Of a stretch of DNA of 64,000 nucleotides, positions 12,283 to 25,600 are shown one piece after another; positions within the stretch are counted from its first letter, which is position 1; each line of letters opens with the position of its first letter. Position numbers and translations under genes: made by a program. The notes beneath the pieces are model-generated. The model made no database searches, was not told the DNA's origin, and saw only the letters and a program-made list of their open reading frames with translations. The stretch lies in NCBI GenBank assembly GCA_051294905.1, contig CM119384.1:13206001-13270000 (forward strand). Direction: 5' to 3'. This stretch comes from Botryllus schlosseri (Eukaryota).

Positions 12283-13008
12283 ATCTAGAGGTAAATGCAG
12301 TAGTAATTTGGGCTTATTTAAGGGTGTAAGTGTCTTTTCAAGTATAGTCAATCCGGCAAAACTAATGTCCTATTCGTAAACAGTAAGCTTAACACCCCAA
12401 GAAAATATTCTTAGAGGCTGCCATAAACACATCTTTTTCTCATTTTTAGGCCAGTGGTATAATTTACCCTGGTAATAATTTTATGATAGGAATGAATGAA
12501 TGAACTATAAACATGCCATGATACTACTAATTGACTCACACTTACATTGTGAGAGGGTCAATAGACGAATTGATCCACTTACATTTTGTTACGTTCTTTG
12601 TATTCGAAGCAGTCACATTGTGAACCTGATTTTAAGCAGTTACCGCATGGATTCTTGCAAATTCTCCCGAGCGGCTCTGTAAGTTTGTGCGTGTGCTGGA
12701 CTTCATTGAATTCATCCTCGCTTACAAAAGTTTATAACTTACCTAATTCCGTATCTCTGATACAGCTACATTGCCGTACTTCCCCGACAAGAGCTGCAAC
12801 AAGATACGTCTATGATCACATTGTGAAGCTAGATATTATGTTTAAAATGGAACTGCATTTAAGCACAAACTAAACAATCTAAATATTCAAAACAGTTCTT
12901 TGTTTTCCATGACCAAATATACATGAAAAATAGTTGTGTACTTGAAGAGCTTCTTGGAGGTACAGAACTTCAGTATACAATTAAATAGTATATTCATATT
13001 GAAATAAA

Positions 13009-13042
13009 ACCCGAATATTTTCGGCTGACACTCGTCAGGGGT
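13009..13042 (-). ncRNA. Minimal type I hammerhead ribozyme
   Basis: Minus strand ACCC-CTGACGA-GTGTCAGCC-GAAA-ATAT-TC-GGGT: complete core, stem I ACCC/GGGT, palindromic stem III AATATT, cleavage after UC. Confidence 0.85.
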
Positions 13043-13450
13043 AATCGTCAGCAACTAGTAGAGAATAAGAAAGAACATTGTATATCAACAATCGTATCAC
13101 AAAATATGACGTCACCAGCATGAAACTTCGGATGAGAGAGCGTTCAGCGCACTATTCCCAGGTGGTACACGAACTCCTTCTGTTGACAGAGTTTCGGTTG
13201 GTGTATTTTGATAAAAGTCGACTCCAAGGCACACAAGTGGAAGTGCGAACGGCCTCTCCCAATAACGCGAAATTTGTCGTCTCCATAATTATTCCCACAA
13301 ATCGGATTATCCAACAGATGTTTGCCGATTGCAGAATCAATGGCCTCCGATCGGTCAGCATCAAGCTTGAGTGGCTGAGTTAAGGGTGAGCTTTTCACCG
13401 AGCGGGATGCACGTGTTCTGATAAATCTAGGGACATGCTTGCTGACGATT

Positions 13451-13484
13451 ACCCCTGACGAGTGTCAGCCGAAAACATTCGGGT
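13451..13484 (+). ncRNA. Minimal type I hammerhead ribozyme (inverted pLTR copy)
   Basis: ACCC-CTGACGA-GTGTCAGCC-GAAA-ACAT-TC-GGGT; one T>C change breaks the stem III palindrome. Confidence 0.8.
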
Positions 13485-13528
13485 TTCATTTCAATATGAA
13501 TATACTATTCAGTTGTGTACTTGTAGTC

Positions 13529-14219
13529 CAGGGGTGTCAAACATACGGCCCGCCAGATGATTTCATCCGGCCCGCGAAGAAATTTTGAGGAAATGAAAAA
13601 ATACTCGTAATTATTCGCCACATATCTAACAAATGCTTAGATTTTTAGGAATAAATACTTCCATCAAGTATAATCTCTCAAGGCTGCAAATGTCGAGTAT
13701 CTTCATTGGCCACATTATAATATAATTCAGATATTTGATGTCAGACTGCCATTTGGGCTCAAAAGGTCCCGGGCCTCCATAGAAACCTGAATCGCGATTT
13801 AATCCTGATGAATCAAATTACGACGTCCGCGGTTGCAGTTGAACCTCTTATATTTCTCACAACGCATACCCGTGGCTAATGCTGGATTACGACTATATAA
13901 CAAAGGAAGCGTACAAATATGCAAACTTATATCGTCGTTAGAGCCACTGTTTCAGAGGTGTGTAACTGTATTCGACCGGCCAATCATCCTAGTTTTGTCA
14001 ATTCCATTGTTTGCGAATATAGGTGTTGCTAGAATGGATCCCCTTGATAGTAATATAATATAATATAATATCACGTGTATCTAGGCTTGGTAATAAGGCG
14101 AAAAACAAGGGTATGAATTTTGAGGAGAAATTTTAGAATCATGATTAGACTAATCCGGCCCGCAAGCGATCTGTAGGTTTGAATCCGGCCCGCGACGCAA
14201 GTTGAGTTTGACACCCCTG
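13529..14219. mobile_element. hAT (Buster-type) MITE
   Basis: TIR CAGGGGTGTCAAAC / GTTTGACACCCCTG; perfect TSD TTGTAGTC. Confidence 0.93.
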
Positions 14220-15379
14220 TTGTAGTCAATATATAGACATAGCGGATTACTTGAGGCGCCCAACGTCCATGCATGGCAGTTGACTTTTGTGAATTGTCTT
14301 TAATGTTATACATATAAACACTAGGGATGGTGTGAACGTGAGGTTCACGCTCGCGTTCTGTGTGTGAACCTCTGAATTTTAGAGGTTCACGTTCACAAAC
14401 GAAACTTGGTAGGTTCTGCACTGTAAACATTTTTTTATATGTTACAATTTTCACTTTATTATAACATCTTTGGTTGAAATTTGTTGTATTTCAACTGTTG
14501 GCCAATATATTCATGGTGCTGGCAGCAAAAAAAAAACAAATTCGGTAGCAAGTATAGAAACCCGTTTTATACTCTGCTCAATATCAACGTAGCAATACTT
14601 GCACGCCGAATAGGCTACATTATCCTGTCTGGCTTAGACCGTTAAGACGTAAGCTTATATTCCCTTGCCGGTATTAGTCGAAAATGTTGGCAAAGCGACG
14701 TAAGATATTGATTTTATGGGATTATTATATCATTTGATTGCCCCAGTTGATACATTCGGCGACGTTTAAAACGTCAATATGTAACTTCAGCACTGTGCCA
14801 TTATGTGGCCCGAATCGTCGCTAGGTATCGTGTACAACTATACATTAGCTTTCGATACAACATCCATTGTAACAGAATTGTAGCCGTTCTGTCTTTTGTT
14901 TCTCTAATAAGCTATCTACCTCACAGAAGATGATGCCACTGTCTTTCAGGTTCGAAACTGAAATGAGAGGTTCCACCGAATGCGAACTCACAGTACGTAT
15001 TGCTCAAAGCAGCAGTAAAGTACAACAACAGCCAGCGCAGCAGAATACGAATAATAATAGTTCCCCCTTTTGCCACCGGCGTGCTCTCCCAACCGGAGAT
15101 CATCCAGCCTCCGGATCCTGGCGGCTACACCTCTCCCCACCATAGTCGAGTGAGCTAGGAGGAAAATGATCACTCACAAGCGGCAAGGCCGTGCAAAAAT
15201 AAATAAAAATGGCAATATGTACAAAATAAGGCAATCACATGATAAGTAACTAGATCAATTGAAGTCAGTTGCATATTCGTTAAAATATGCAGGTCGAATA
15301 CGATTACGTCTGGGCATGACATTCATTTCACAGTTTAAAAGTATGACAACAGTTTCAGAATTTAAAGACTCTGCGGGTG

Positions 15380-17731
15380 ACTGACTGGCTAAGTCATTTT
15401 CACCCTCAACAATATAAGGATGGAGCCAACCTCAAATTCGTGCGATTCAACATAACGATCGAAATACATTTTATGTTTCACAGCGGATCTAGGCAATTTC
15501 TCACGTGCAAATTTAAACGCATCAACACCGGCCGCAGAAAACCATTTAATATAGTCAGTGTAACATTTGCGCGGTGTACATTTCGGAGGTCTACCATAAC
15601 CAATATCACTCGGCAAGGAAACTTCACGACCAAGAAATAACTTATTAGGAGTGTACCCAGTGGAACCATGAACACTTGAACGACATGCTTGCTGAAAATA
15701 TGGCAAATGAACATCCCAATCAGAACTACTCTTATTCACATAACTGGTCAACATCTGCAAAATGGACCTATTATTTCTCTCAGTTAACCCGTCGGATTTG
15801 GGTCGAAAAGTATAGTAGTTCTAGTCTTGAAAATTTCATACAATTCACACATGTCTTAAAATAACGTGGATTCAAATTGCACTCCTTGATCAATGTTTAT
15901 AATAGTCGGTGCGCCAAACTTATAAATACTTCTGTCACAAGAATATCGGCTGCTGATGCAGACAGAAGGTCCTTCATCGGGTATGCTTCAACCCACTTAC
16001 TAAAATAATCAGTAACCAACATCAAGTATTTATTTCCCAGTTCAGTAGATGGCATAGGACCCACAAAATCAATAGAAATCCAATCTAGGGGGTTCAGAGC
16101 AAAGCATATTTACCAATTTGGCACGCTTTTTTCCATGTCCAGTTTTACTTGCGGTGCAAGGTTTGCAAAATTTTACCCAGTTACTGACATCTTGTTTCAT
16201 GTCAGGCCAATCAAAGCGATCTCTCAATTTGCAGAAGTTATGTCACGCCCCAAATGGCCACCTGTACGCAAGGTATGATATTCGGTAAATAGTTTCCTAC
16301 GCAACGACATGGGAATACCAATTTGAAAAGTTCAATCACAGCCGGGATTAACTTGCAAATATTCACAATACAAAACACAACACAACGCAAAGATAAAAAC
16401 TTCCAATGAGAACATAAGACTCTGACCATGTGAGAATGCAATACCAAATCTTCGGAAGAAGATTTACCACTGGCAGATTCCTTCAGTGATATGACCGTCC
16501 CAATGTGTGTGTGTGTGTGTATTTGAACAATTTGTGGCGCTTATCGCCGATAAGATCATTTGCGCCCGATCATGAATATTGTCCTTTGCTTGGTCTTTTT
16601 GCTTGTGGTACGATTTTTGCGGACGACTTCCAGTCACACTCTCATACACGTCTTTCACTCTCTCTTGCACGCGTCCTCGTCAGTATCTGTTGCAGCTGAT
16701 TTCCGCAAGCTCGACTTTACTTGCTTCTGGGCTTTTCGTACGACACTGCATATATGCAGTGAGGTCAGCGATGAGGACCGTCCCAGTGTCTGAGTCGACC
16801 ATCTGCAAATTGCGCAACTCTTCATTTAAGAAAGTATTCAACCAGTTCGGCGCAGGCGAAGGTCGATCAACAGAGTTTGTAACGGAGTCGGCGCCCGCTC
16901 TAACGGGAGCAACAATTGCATGACAAACAGAATCATGTTCATTACAATTAAGACATTCTACACGGCTACACTTCCTCCTGTAACGCCGAGACAAACCATC
17001 ACTATTTGCTTCTTTCCTTCTCGATGCTCAACGTCATAATCAAAGCTACTCAGGTACGTTATCCATCGAGCAACAACCCCGCTCGGGTCTTTGAAATTTA
17101 GAAGCCAACGCAACGATGAATGATCAGTACGTAACACAAATTTCCTCCCCCGTAGATAGTGGCGAAAATGCTCCATCGCCCACCGAACAGTGAACAGCTC
17201 TCTGTATGTAGCGCAATAGTTCTTCTGCTCCTTGTTTACCGCCTTACTGGCATATCCAATCACTTTCTATTCACCATCTTCCAACTGAGACAACACGGCT
17301 CCAGCAGATTGTGGGAGTTCCAGGGCCACGAGCGGAATAAAATTTATATTTTCGTAATCGGTGCAGAGTCAGCTTTCGATTGATACCCGCTTTACCAAAT
17401 TTAATGCTCGGCAAGCCGGTCAAAAATGACCGTCAAATTGCATGTAGCCAAATGGAAATTGTGACGTGATACAATTTCACTGAGGCGTAAGATTTGCCTG
17501 TGTCGACACCATATAGGACACTATGCTAATACGACAACATAGGCTACAATCTTTCGATTAGGCTTAACAACGGGCACCATTTTGCCAGCAACACTTATAC
17601 ACTCGTCTCTCGCGTTCAATACCACATCAAAATCACGAAGAGCATCAAGGCCCAAAATACCAACGGGAGTGCCGACTTTAGCAACGTTAACAACCATTAA
17701 TACAAAGCTTCAAGCACAATCTACCAACAAC
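15380..17731 (-). mobile_element. Decayed Gypsy/Ty3 pol: protease C-terminus, RNase H, integrase; RT core appears deleted
   Basis: ILGLDAL (protease); IGYASK...NYCATYREL...FRHYLRGRKFVLRTDH.SL.WL (RNase H); DRFDWPDMKQDV..W...C..C, ISIDFVGP...KYLMLVTDYFSKWVEA, IDQG.QF and GYTPNKLFLGRE (integrase). Order PR-RH-IN; many stops and frameshifts. Confidence 0.92.
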
Positions 17732-20730
17732 CAGTGGTGGCTTTTGGGGTGGGCGAGGTTGGCAGTCGCCCAGGGCCTCCCTGTTTGAGGAGGGGCCCCC
17801 CTCCTCGGTTTACGTGCTTTTTTTTCAACTATTACTCCGGTTTACGCGCTTTTTACCAACTATTTCTCCGGTTTATGCGCTTTTTTCCAACTATTACCAT
17901 TTTCTAAATAACCGTGGAAATCCTTGTATCCATGAAGAATACGGAACAGTACCGTAAAAAGGCGTGAATCATAATTCTCATTTTTTTAGTTATCATTTTT
18001 CGAATAACCATGGAAATCCATGCACCCATGTAGAATATGATCTCGTAAACAGTTGTCGATCATCAAATTTCTGCGCGCGTTAAAAGAGCTTACTTTGATT
18101 TTATGAGGGAAGGCCCTCCTACATTTATGCGATTTTTGGTTATCATTTTGCGAATAACCGTGAAAATAAATGCAGGCCTACCCATGTAGAATATGGTAGG
18201 CCAACCGTAAACAGTGGTCGATCATTAAATTTCTGCACCGGTTAAAAGAGCTTATACTTTTATTTTATGGGAGACCCCTCATTTACGCAATTTATAGTTA
18301 TCATTTTACGAATAACCGTGGAAACACATGTAGGCCTACCCATGTAGTACCGTAAACAGTTTTCGCTCATCAAATTTCTGTGCGCGGTAAAAGAGCTTAC
18401 TTTGATTTTATAAGGGGGGCTTCTACATTAACGCGAACTGAAAATACGCGCAGGCCAACTCATGTGGAATACGGTACTGTATTCACTTCGATTTATGAGG
18501 GGCCCCTCTTACATTTACGCAATTTTTGGTTATCATTTTGCGAATGACCGTGAAATATATGTACACATGTAGAATATGGTACCGTAAACAGTTGTTGATC
18601 ATTAAAACCTGCACGCGTTGTGCGAGATTACTTCGATTTACGAGGGGGCCCCTACATTTACGCAATTTTTGGTTATCATTTTGCGAATAACTGAAAATAC
18701 ATGCAGGCCTACCCATGTAGAATATGTTACAGTAAACAGTTGTCGATAATTAAATTTCTGCACGCGTTATAAGAGCTTACTTATATTTTATGAGGGGGGC
18801 CCCTGCTACATTTATGAAATTTATAGGTATCGTTTTGCGAATAACCGTGAAAATATATGTACCCATGTAAAATATGGTACCGTAAACGGCTTTCGATCAT
18901 CAAATTGGTGATTTGTGTGAGAGACGCGATCGCATCCGCTAACATAAAATTTTGTCGTGAATGATTATCACTTCCAGTATATTTTTGAATAATATTCAAC
19001 ACCTTTTTCTCAGTGCTATAAAATTGCAATAACATTCACAAGAAACTACTACAGTGTACAGGAAGTATACATTTTCAGTGACTGGTGCATCTCATTCATT
19101 TTCAGTAATAGGCCAACTCCATGTCAGTGGCCCTAAAACAATTAAATGGTTTATTTCAATTTTTAGATTTGACAGAAATTTGGATTAAGTGATTTTGAAA
19201 TATATCCGAGTAGCCTGCATCAACATTTCAAGTTTTTAAATTCTATATCCAGCTTTTCAAGCCAGCGCATGATAAAAAACAAGCTTTTCCGGCTCATTCA
19301 ATCGTAAAATTGATAGAATATTTGGTAGGTCTGTACATGAGCTATCTTGTATATAAGTTGATCTAATATATCATTCAAGTTACAATTTAGCTTTTTTGTG
19401 TACTGCACTCAAGTTTAAAGTCATTTCTAATGAAAATCATTGCAGTATCCCTCTCATTTCTGTCAACTTGAAAATTTTCATGACTAGTCATCATGTGGAA
19501 GCTATTATAAGAATGCTGAAAAATGAGTTTTTATTGACTATATAATTTTTAAGTTGTGACAGCAATGTATGTTGTAGGCAGAAGTAGGCGATTTGGATAA
19601 TGTTTAGTTCCTCTTAAAACTAGCGTTCGAAATTTTCGTGTGGACAGTGTTGCGCCAACAATATTTGAATTTGACGCTGTGTATGACTTGATTTTGAAAA
19701 TTATTATGAGCCTAGTTTTGACCCCTTACCTCATTTTATTGTCAGGTTCAAGAGCTTCTTCTATTCTATCTTTAGGTGTTTAGACGAGGTTGTCTGGTTA
19801 AGCTGTTTTATGACCGGCACCATTGCAAGGATTCATTGTAAAATTTACCATAAACATGCAGCTGTCTTGGTTAGGTAACTTCTGGGACAAGTGGTGATTT
19901 GTAATATACCGGTATTTGTTCTTTTCTGCAGGTACTTTTGCTGTGTTAGCTGTTAGGAATAAATCATTTTTCTTTCACTGTACAAATATAGTCCTTGTTG
20001 AGTGATCCGGTAATAATTCTTGATGACCATAAACTCCTCTTGAATGAGTCATCTTGTCAAAGAAGGGAAGTCATTGTTGTTTGTTGTTGTTGTTGTTGTT
20101 TTGAGTATTCATGAATCATGATGTCTCGACTGCTTCGGTAAGTTTACACCAAGCCAATATCATTTTGTACCCGTATAATAGTTTCCATTTAGTTGTTCTT
20201 TTTCACTTTTGGTGTCATATTTGCTATCATCATTTTGATTTCTACTTTTTTGAAGAACTAAATGCATCAATTCAATTGTCCGGTCATAGTAGATTCTTCA
20301 TTCATTGGAAGTTTCAATTCTATGGATGTGTTCTATAAATTTGATTGTTTGGTCACCTTCGTGATCGATTAGCTCTTGGTCCTCATTCTGCTTATATATT
20401 TTGATCTGAGCCAAGTCGAGTCACCAAAATATCACGATTCGAGTCATTGGAATCCTGCCATCGTTTCCTTGAAAAAGTATGAAATTTTTCTTTTTTAGTT
20501 TCCATTGCCATTGTATTTGTGATTACTTTCACGCATGAAAATCTCATCTTTAACTTGAATGACACAGTTGCCTTTTATAGTAAATAGTTCCACACAGCAT
20601 CGACATCCCGTATAGTATGACAGAAACTGTAGACATGCAAAATATAATACTTGTATGGAGAAGCTGCGTTTATGGATATAGGGGGGGCTGGAAGTTTCGC
20701 CCCCCCCCCCCAATCCTAGGGCCACCACTG
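17732..20730. mobile_element. 3.0-kb hAT-like element inserted in the Gypsy protease
   Basis: TIR CAGTGGTGGC / GCCACCACTG; perfect TSD CCAACAAC. Removing it rejoins TVANGYKLDVVG-RLCLKLCING. Weak hAT-like remnant (YPN...HC..HNL) on the minus strand near 19520-19670. Confidence 0.9.
17880..18910. repeat. Tandem array of about 7 diverged ~150-bp units inside the hAT element
   Basis: TTATCATTTT.CGAATAACC.TG...CCCATGTAGAATATG...GTAAACAG...AAGAGCTTAC recurs near 17891, 17990, 18140, 18298, 18530, 18673 and 18827. Three ~30-bp repeats precede it at 17805-17900. Confidence 0.9.
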
Positions 20731-21400
20731 CCAACAACGTCTAGCTTGTAGCCATTTGCCACAGTAAAGTCCCTTGTAATGGGCTCCAACCATAGGCGCC
20801 GACTTACGAGGTGGCGGCCACCTCGTACAAAATGCTCAAATGGCCAAGTGATTTGTGACCAGTAATCAGTTATCAGGCGAATCAATACGACCTCGTTAGA
20901 GACGTCTTCGATTTCGATACGCCCGTGTGCCTGGCGCGTAGCCACGGGGGTCGAACTTCCCTATTTGCAACGCGAAACCTCATCGTTTTGAAATGATCAT
21001 TCTAACTCTAATATTCAGTTGCCATTCAATAATTGTGTTATCAGTGTTCCGCGTAGCTGATTTGCGGGAAATGTGTTGTCAATTAGCAAGAAGACTCCGT
21101 GATGATCTTCCGCTGAGATGGTCGCGAAATTAGGTCATTCATTCCCGTGCGCGTGGCAATCGTCGCTAGCCTGATTTATCGCGTCTCGGACAAGCCTGGC
21201 TCCGCAGGCTTGAACAATCGCATCTGTAATAGGCCCAGTTCACACTATATCATCGCTTGCCTGCGCAATCGCATCTGCATTGGCGGCTTGGGCCTGGTGT
21301 GCACGATATCATCGCTGGTGTACACAATAGCATCTGAAATAGGTCTGGCGTGAAAGATATCATTGCTGGTGTAGCGCAACGTTATGTTACCGCCGAATTC
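20731..21400 (-). mobile_element. Gypsy gag-protease junction remnant
   Basis: ORF 20670-20945 contains the protease N-terminal half; the catalytic DTG is scrambled (GAT TAC TGG TCA vs GAT ACT GGT TCA). The gag-side extent is uncertain. Confidence 0.65.
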
Positions 21401-21633
21401 TTTGAGAATTGAGAACTCGATAAGTAGTTAGTTTTCAGAATCAGTGTGACAGTCACATTCGAATAATATCAGATATAATAAATTCTAAGCTGCTTACGAT
21501 GAATTGCGGTATCAATAGTGAGGCTTATTGGCCCGTATGTGCCTTACCTTTCGTTTCGATCTTTATTTTCGAACAATAAATACCAGTTTTTACAGATAAA
21601 ATATGGCGCACACGAGGAATCCCATGTAGTGAG

Positions 21634-22674
21634 CAGGGATGCCACTAGAATATTTCGGAAAACCCAGAAGTGGAGGTCAAATAAACCCAGAAAAACCCAG
21701 ATCCTATATTTCACTCAAATTTGGATAAAATAGCTGTGAAACTGGGACGTGACTGTAATACCGTCGTAGGAGCCTTTGACATTGAATTTATAACAGTTCA
21801 TACTATACATTTTACTCGGTTAACACTAAATATCCCACAGCAATATGTTGTTTTCCTCTCAACAGGTGCGCGACTTAAATACTTAATAGAGTATAAATTA
21901 TATCATAGCGCTCAGAAAGTTCGTAAGAATGCCATCTATTCCTTATTTCTGAGGGGGACTTTCGTATATTTTCAGTGACCTGACCAGATGTAAAGTAGCT
22001 TCCAGTAGATTAATCTCGGGACAATTACCTTTATCTTGGATAATGACACAGACTCATGTTTAGTCGAAAAAAGAACTGCCAAATCATGAAATTCAGGGTG
22101 CATTCGAATGTGCGCTGATAACCAACCCAGCCAATGAATAGCTTGCTGGGGGTGTCCCTGTGTGAACTAAATAGAATCAGATGACAATCATCGCCTGGTC
22201 TACCCATGTAAAAGTGCATATACTATAATGTTACATGTCGTTTACAGCTGTTTAGGACTATAGATACACGACCAATTTGTTGCAATGATACCAGCATTCA
22301 AGTCATAAATCGTTTCAAGTTGTAAGATCGTTTCCAATGAGTTGCCCAATGAACATGACTTTTTTCGACCTGGAAGTTACTATGTAATGAAGCTCCGTCA
22401 CATTACGCCGAGGCCTCTCATTTTACTAGTGACACAGTCTCTATCAAGACTATGTCGGTACAATAACAGCGAATTCCATAGACAATGACGAACTAAAGTG
22501 CGTTCATTTTCCAATATTATGGTCTTACTAACCTAATAATTAATTTTCGAGCGTAAAACTGACCTGACGAACATGATGTTGAAAAAAACAGATTTCAAGG
22601 ACAAAAACCCAGAAACCCAAGTGTTGCTTAAAAAACCAAGATCTGGGTGGAAAAACCCAGAAGTGGCATGGCTG
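21634..22674. mobile_element. Non-autonomous hAT-like element with AAACCCAG subterminal motifs
   Basis: Termini CAGGGATGCCAC / GTGGCATGGCTG; flanks GTAGTGAG / GTAGTGAA. Confidence 0.85.
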
Positions 22675-25600
22675 GTAGTGAATTCGAATTATTGCTACCA
22701 TGACACCACGAATTTTTAATTGTGACGTAACAGTTGATTGGCATGTATGGCTCTTTGGGAGTTGAGATGGAAAAAATAGGGCCAATATGGCTCTTCGGAC
22801 AAAAAAGGTTCCCGACCACTGATATAGCCTATCTCTTGACAGAAATGTAGGGTTGAAATTTGCAGTATGTGACGTGACGTCACGAGGTTCACGTTCGCGT
22901 TCACACAGAACCTTTCAAAAAGCTGGTTCGCGTTCACACGAACCTGAACCTTCCAGATGGTCACACCATCCTAATAAACATCATTTTCAGTCATCATGTA
23001 TAATCAAAATGTGTCATGAAAATTGACAATTGTGACTGTATAGTCGCATTTCATGACCAACTGAATATGTCGGGGAATGTGCCGGGAAGCTGTCAGTGGC
23101 ATGGATTCCACCAGTTGCTCAATGTCATAAATAAAACCATGACAAACACCATGTCGCGAGGGGGTGAAAAAAGTCACAATTTATAGTGCAAGCAGACGGT
23201 CGTTCGAAAATAATGAAGCCATTCGGACGTAGTTACAATATTCAAACATGTTTAAAACACTATTTAAAATCTATTTTAAACAATATTTGTTTTGAAATCG
23301 CAGATTCAAGAGAATATTGTGTGCCTCTGACATGTTCTTTTGGTTCAGTTCTTGTCGACTTGACAAATTGCTATTTCTCATTTTAGGCTGACTATTATAT
23401 CAGGTCAACTTCCTGGCTCAGAATGGTGGTGAAATATCACAAGGTGTTTCATCCAAGGATCTATTTCTAACTACGGACGTATGAAAGGGAATCCGAAATC
23501 GTCCGATGTTGAATAACGCGAAGTCCAGATCCAATCAAAATTTCCGGAAATACAACAGAATCGGTTCCAAATCATATCTCAGATAAACCGGATATCTTAG
23601 AGCTCCTGACAGTGGCGCATATGAATACCACTTTAGACTCTAAAGTCTAGAGATCGATGGAAACTTCTCAGTACATGTGCCCGTAGCTTCAAAGGAGTCT
23701 TTATTTCCGCATCAGCTACTACATGTCATCTACTCAACTAAATCACTAACACAAGACAGGACGCAAAATCTTTACTGAAAATTAGCTTCGAACACGACAC
23801 AGAGGACAGGAGAAAATGTCAAAGCCTGGAGTTTAAATCCAGGGTTGGAAAATAAACAAGGGCTACTCACCACCCAGTCCAGAATGCCGAATACTTCCCG
23901 GAAGCTGAATCAAAAGCAGAATAAAGCCTTTGTAGAGAAGGAAGCGATTGATTGGAGGCTTTATGCGATATCCTATTTCCATTGGAAATGTATTCAAAGT
24001 TAGGCACTTGTTTTAGCTAGCGGTTTCGATTATAAGACCATAAATGTCATGGTATTTCTGAGAAAGCATGAATAAAAAGGTTAAAAGTGATGACATCTCA
24101 CCACGGTATGGACTATGGATATTGCTTGAAACAAATTGCATTATTTGCCTGACCAATTACTATAATGATTCGAGTCCAGTATGACAGAAGAATTTCCCGA
24201 GTAATACGCTCAACCCACTAACAGTTAATTTTGCATAATTGTAGATTTGATGCTATATTTTCCACTGAGGAAGCGTCAAACATGAAGTACAAAGCTATAC
24301 GCACGTTAGTGGAAACGACATTTTTGCGAAATCGTGATCAACTCACAGCATCGTCACAACGTGCAATGAAATAGATATGGTCGAAAATATACAAAATCAT
24401 ATTTATGATGTAAAACTGTTATTGTATTCTTTGTGGTCAAATAAAAAGTACATCTTCGAAATTTCCTCATCATCCATATCGTTATGACGTCATAATAAGC
24501 GATACTGGAATAGTCGACTCGACGCGAAGCCCTATACAACACTATTCAGAATCGAATCACTCAATTACTCGATCTTGACCAGCCATTATTAGTACCCATG
24601 AGCCTTCGTCATGTACAGTTGGTGGCTTTCGGTCTCGTTTTGTTCGTACTTGGACAATTACTATTTCTCATTTCTTCCAATATGCTGATTTGAATGGCCC
24701 CCGATAAAAGTGCAGTTCAGCGAAGTGCTGCGTAGCTTATTCGTTTTCAAACGGCATGGCACAGACACGGCCTATTTTGATATATATAAGCAGATCATCT
24801 TATTGATTCTAGAAGTAAGTTTAGGAACGGGCCTGGGCATCTCGGATATGATTGGCGAGGACAAATATCTTTTCCGAATATTTTTAAGGGACAACCTTGA
24901 CTATTGGCAAATGACAAATGACCGTAGACTGGTCTGTTTCAATTAGTCAATGTATTCCATGGAACGATGGTCTTTTCTGTGTACCTAGGTCAGGCCTACT
25001 ATGACGAATCTCATTCAGGAACGCAGAAAGCCTGGTGCGATCGATCTCTGCGAAAGTCGTTGCGGGATAGTCCCGCAGTAAAGTTGCATAATCGCTCACA
25101 CAATGGACGTTTTGTTGCATTTTATGCTTTTGATGATGCAGGCTTTTAATGACGCGGGACCTGCGAGTGGTATTGTCAAGTTGCCGCACGAAATCGATCT
25201 AGTTCAATGCCGCTTCGCTGTCGGTAATTAAGGTATGCGTATGGGTACCATATTCTGAGATACGAAAAAGCGGACACTTTTCATCAAGTCACAAAACATG
25301 AAGCAGCATGCATTATTGTGGGAAATTTGGAATGTATACTGCTAATATTGATGGGTCGACTAAGAAAATATGGTCATTTTCACGACTCGACTCGTCCCTT
25401 TGTATAATCGGTAAGCGTTGACCTATTTTTGTCAACCTTACCGTCGACATCCAGATTTTACGTCTATTGTGGCATTTTTGGTTGTCTGTGACTCTCAAAG
25501 CTATAGAGGAGGACAAAAAAGGAGGACATTTGGGCGTCCTCGGAGGACATTTTAGATTTCTTGAAAGAGGAGCACTAACCTTAGGTATGCGGAATAGATA

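Larger units (their letters stand above)
12947..13525 (-). mobile_element. Penelope-like element fragment: GIY-YIG C-terminus between inverted pseudo-LTRs
   Basis: ORF 13144-13398 (SAIGKHLL..P.C...Y....F.VIGRGRS.FHL..LES.FI....P.LC.QKE) matches the PLE endonuclease tail; ~85-bp inverted repeats at 12969-13054 and 13438-13525. Confidence 0.88.
14322..22973. mobile_element. TAGGGATGGTGTGAAC-family hAT-like element split by ~8 kb of nested insertions
   Basis: Left part 14322-14848 and right part 22830-22973 are colinear with the intact copy 37072-38081; flanks ATAAACAC / ATAAACAT. Confidence 0.82.

Noticed and set aside
12685-12825. Possible minus-strand exons (TYLVAALVGEVRQCSCIRDTEL|GTAAGT and EDEFNEV...CKNPC|GTAACT)
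   Set aside because: Donors look plausible but there is no recognisable domain and the two pieces are only 22 nt apart; not supportable without RNA data.
14850-15075. Gypsy LTR pair and PBS
   Set aside because: A PPT-like AAAAGGGGGAA lies on the minus strand at 15061-15071, but I found no second LTR copy, TG...CA ends or convincing PBS.
17880-18910. CRISPR-like array
   Set aside because: Whole units are homologous, with no unique spacers and no cas genes; eukaryotic context.
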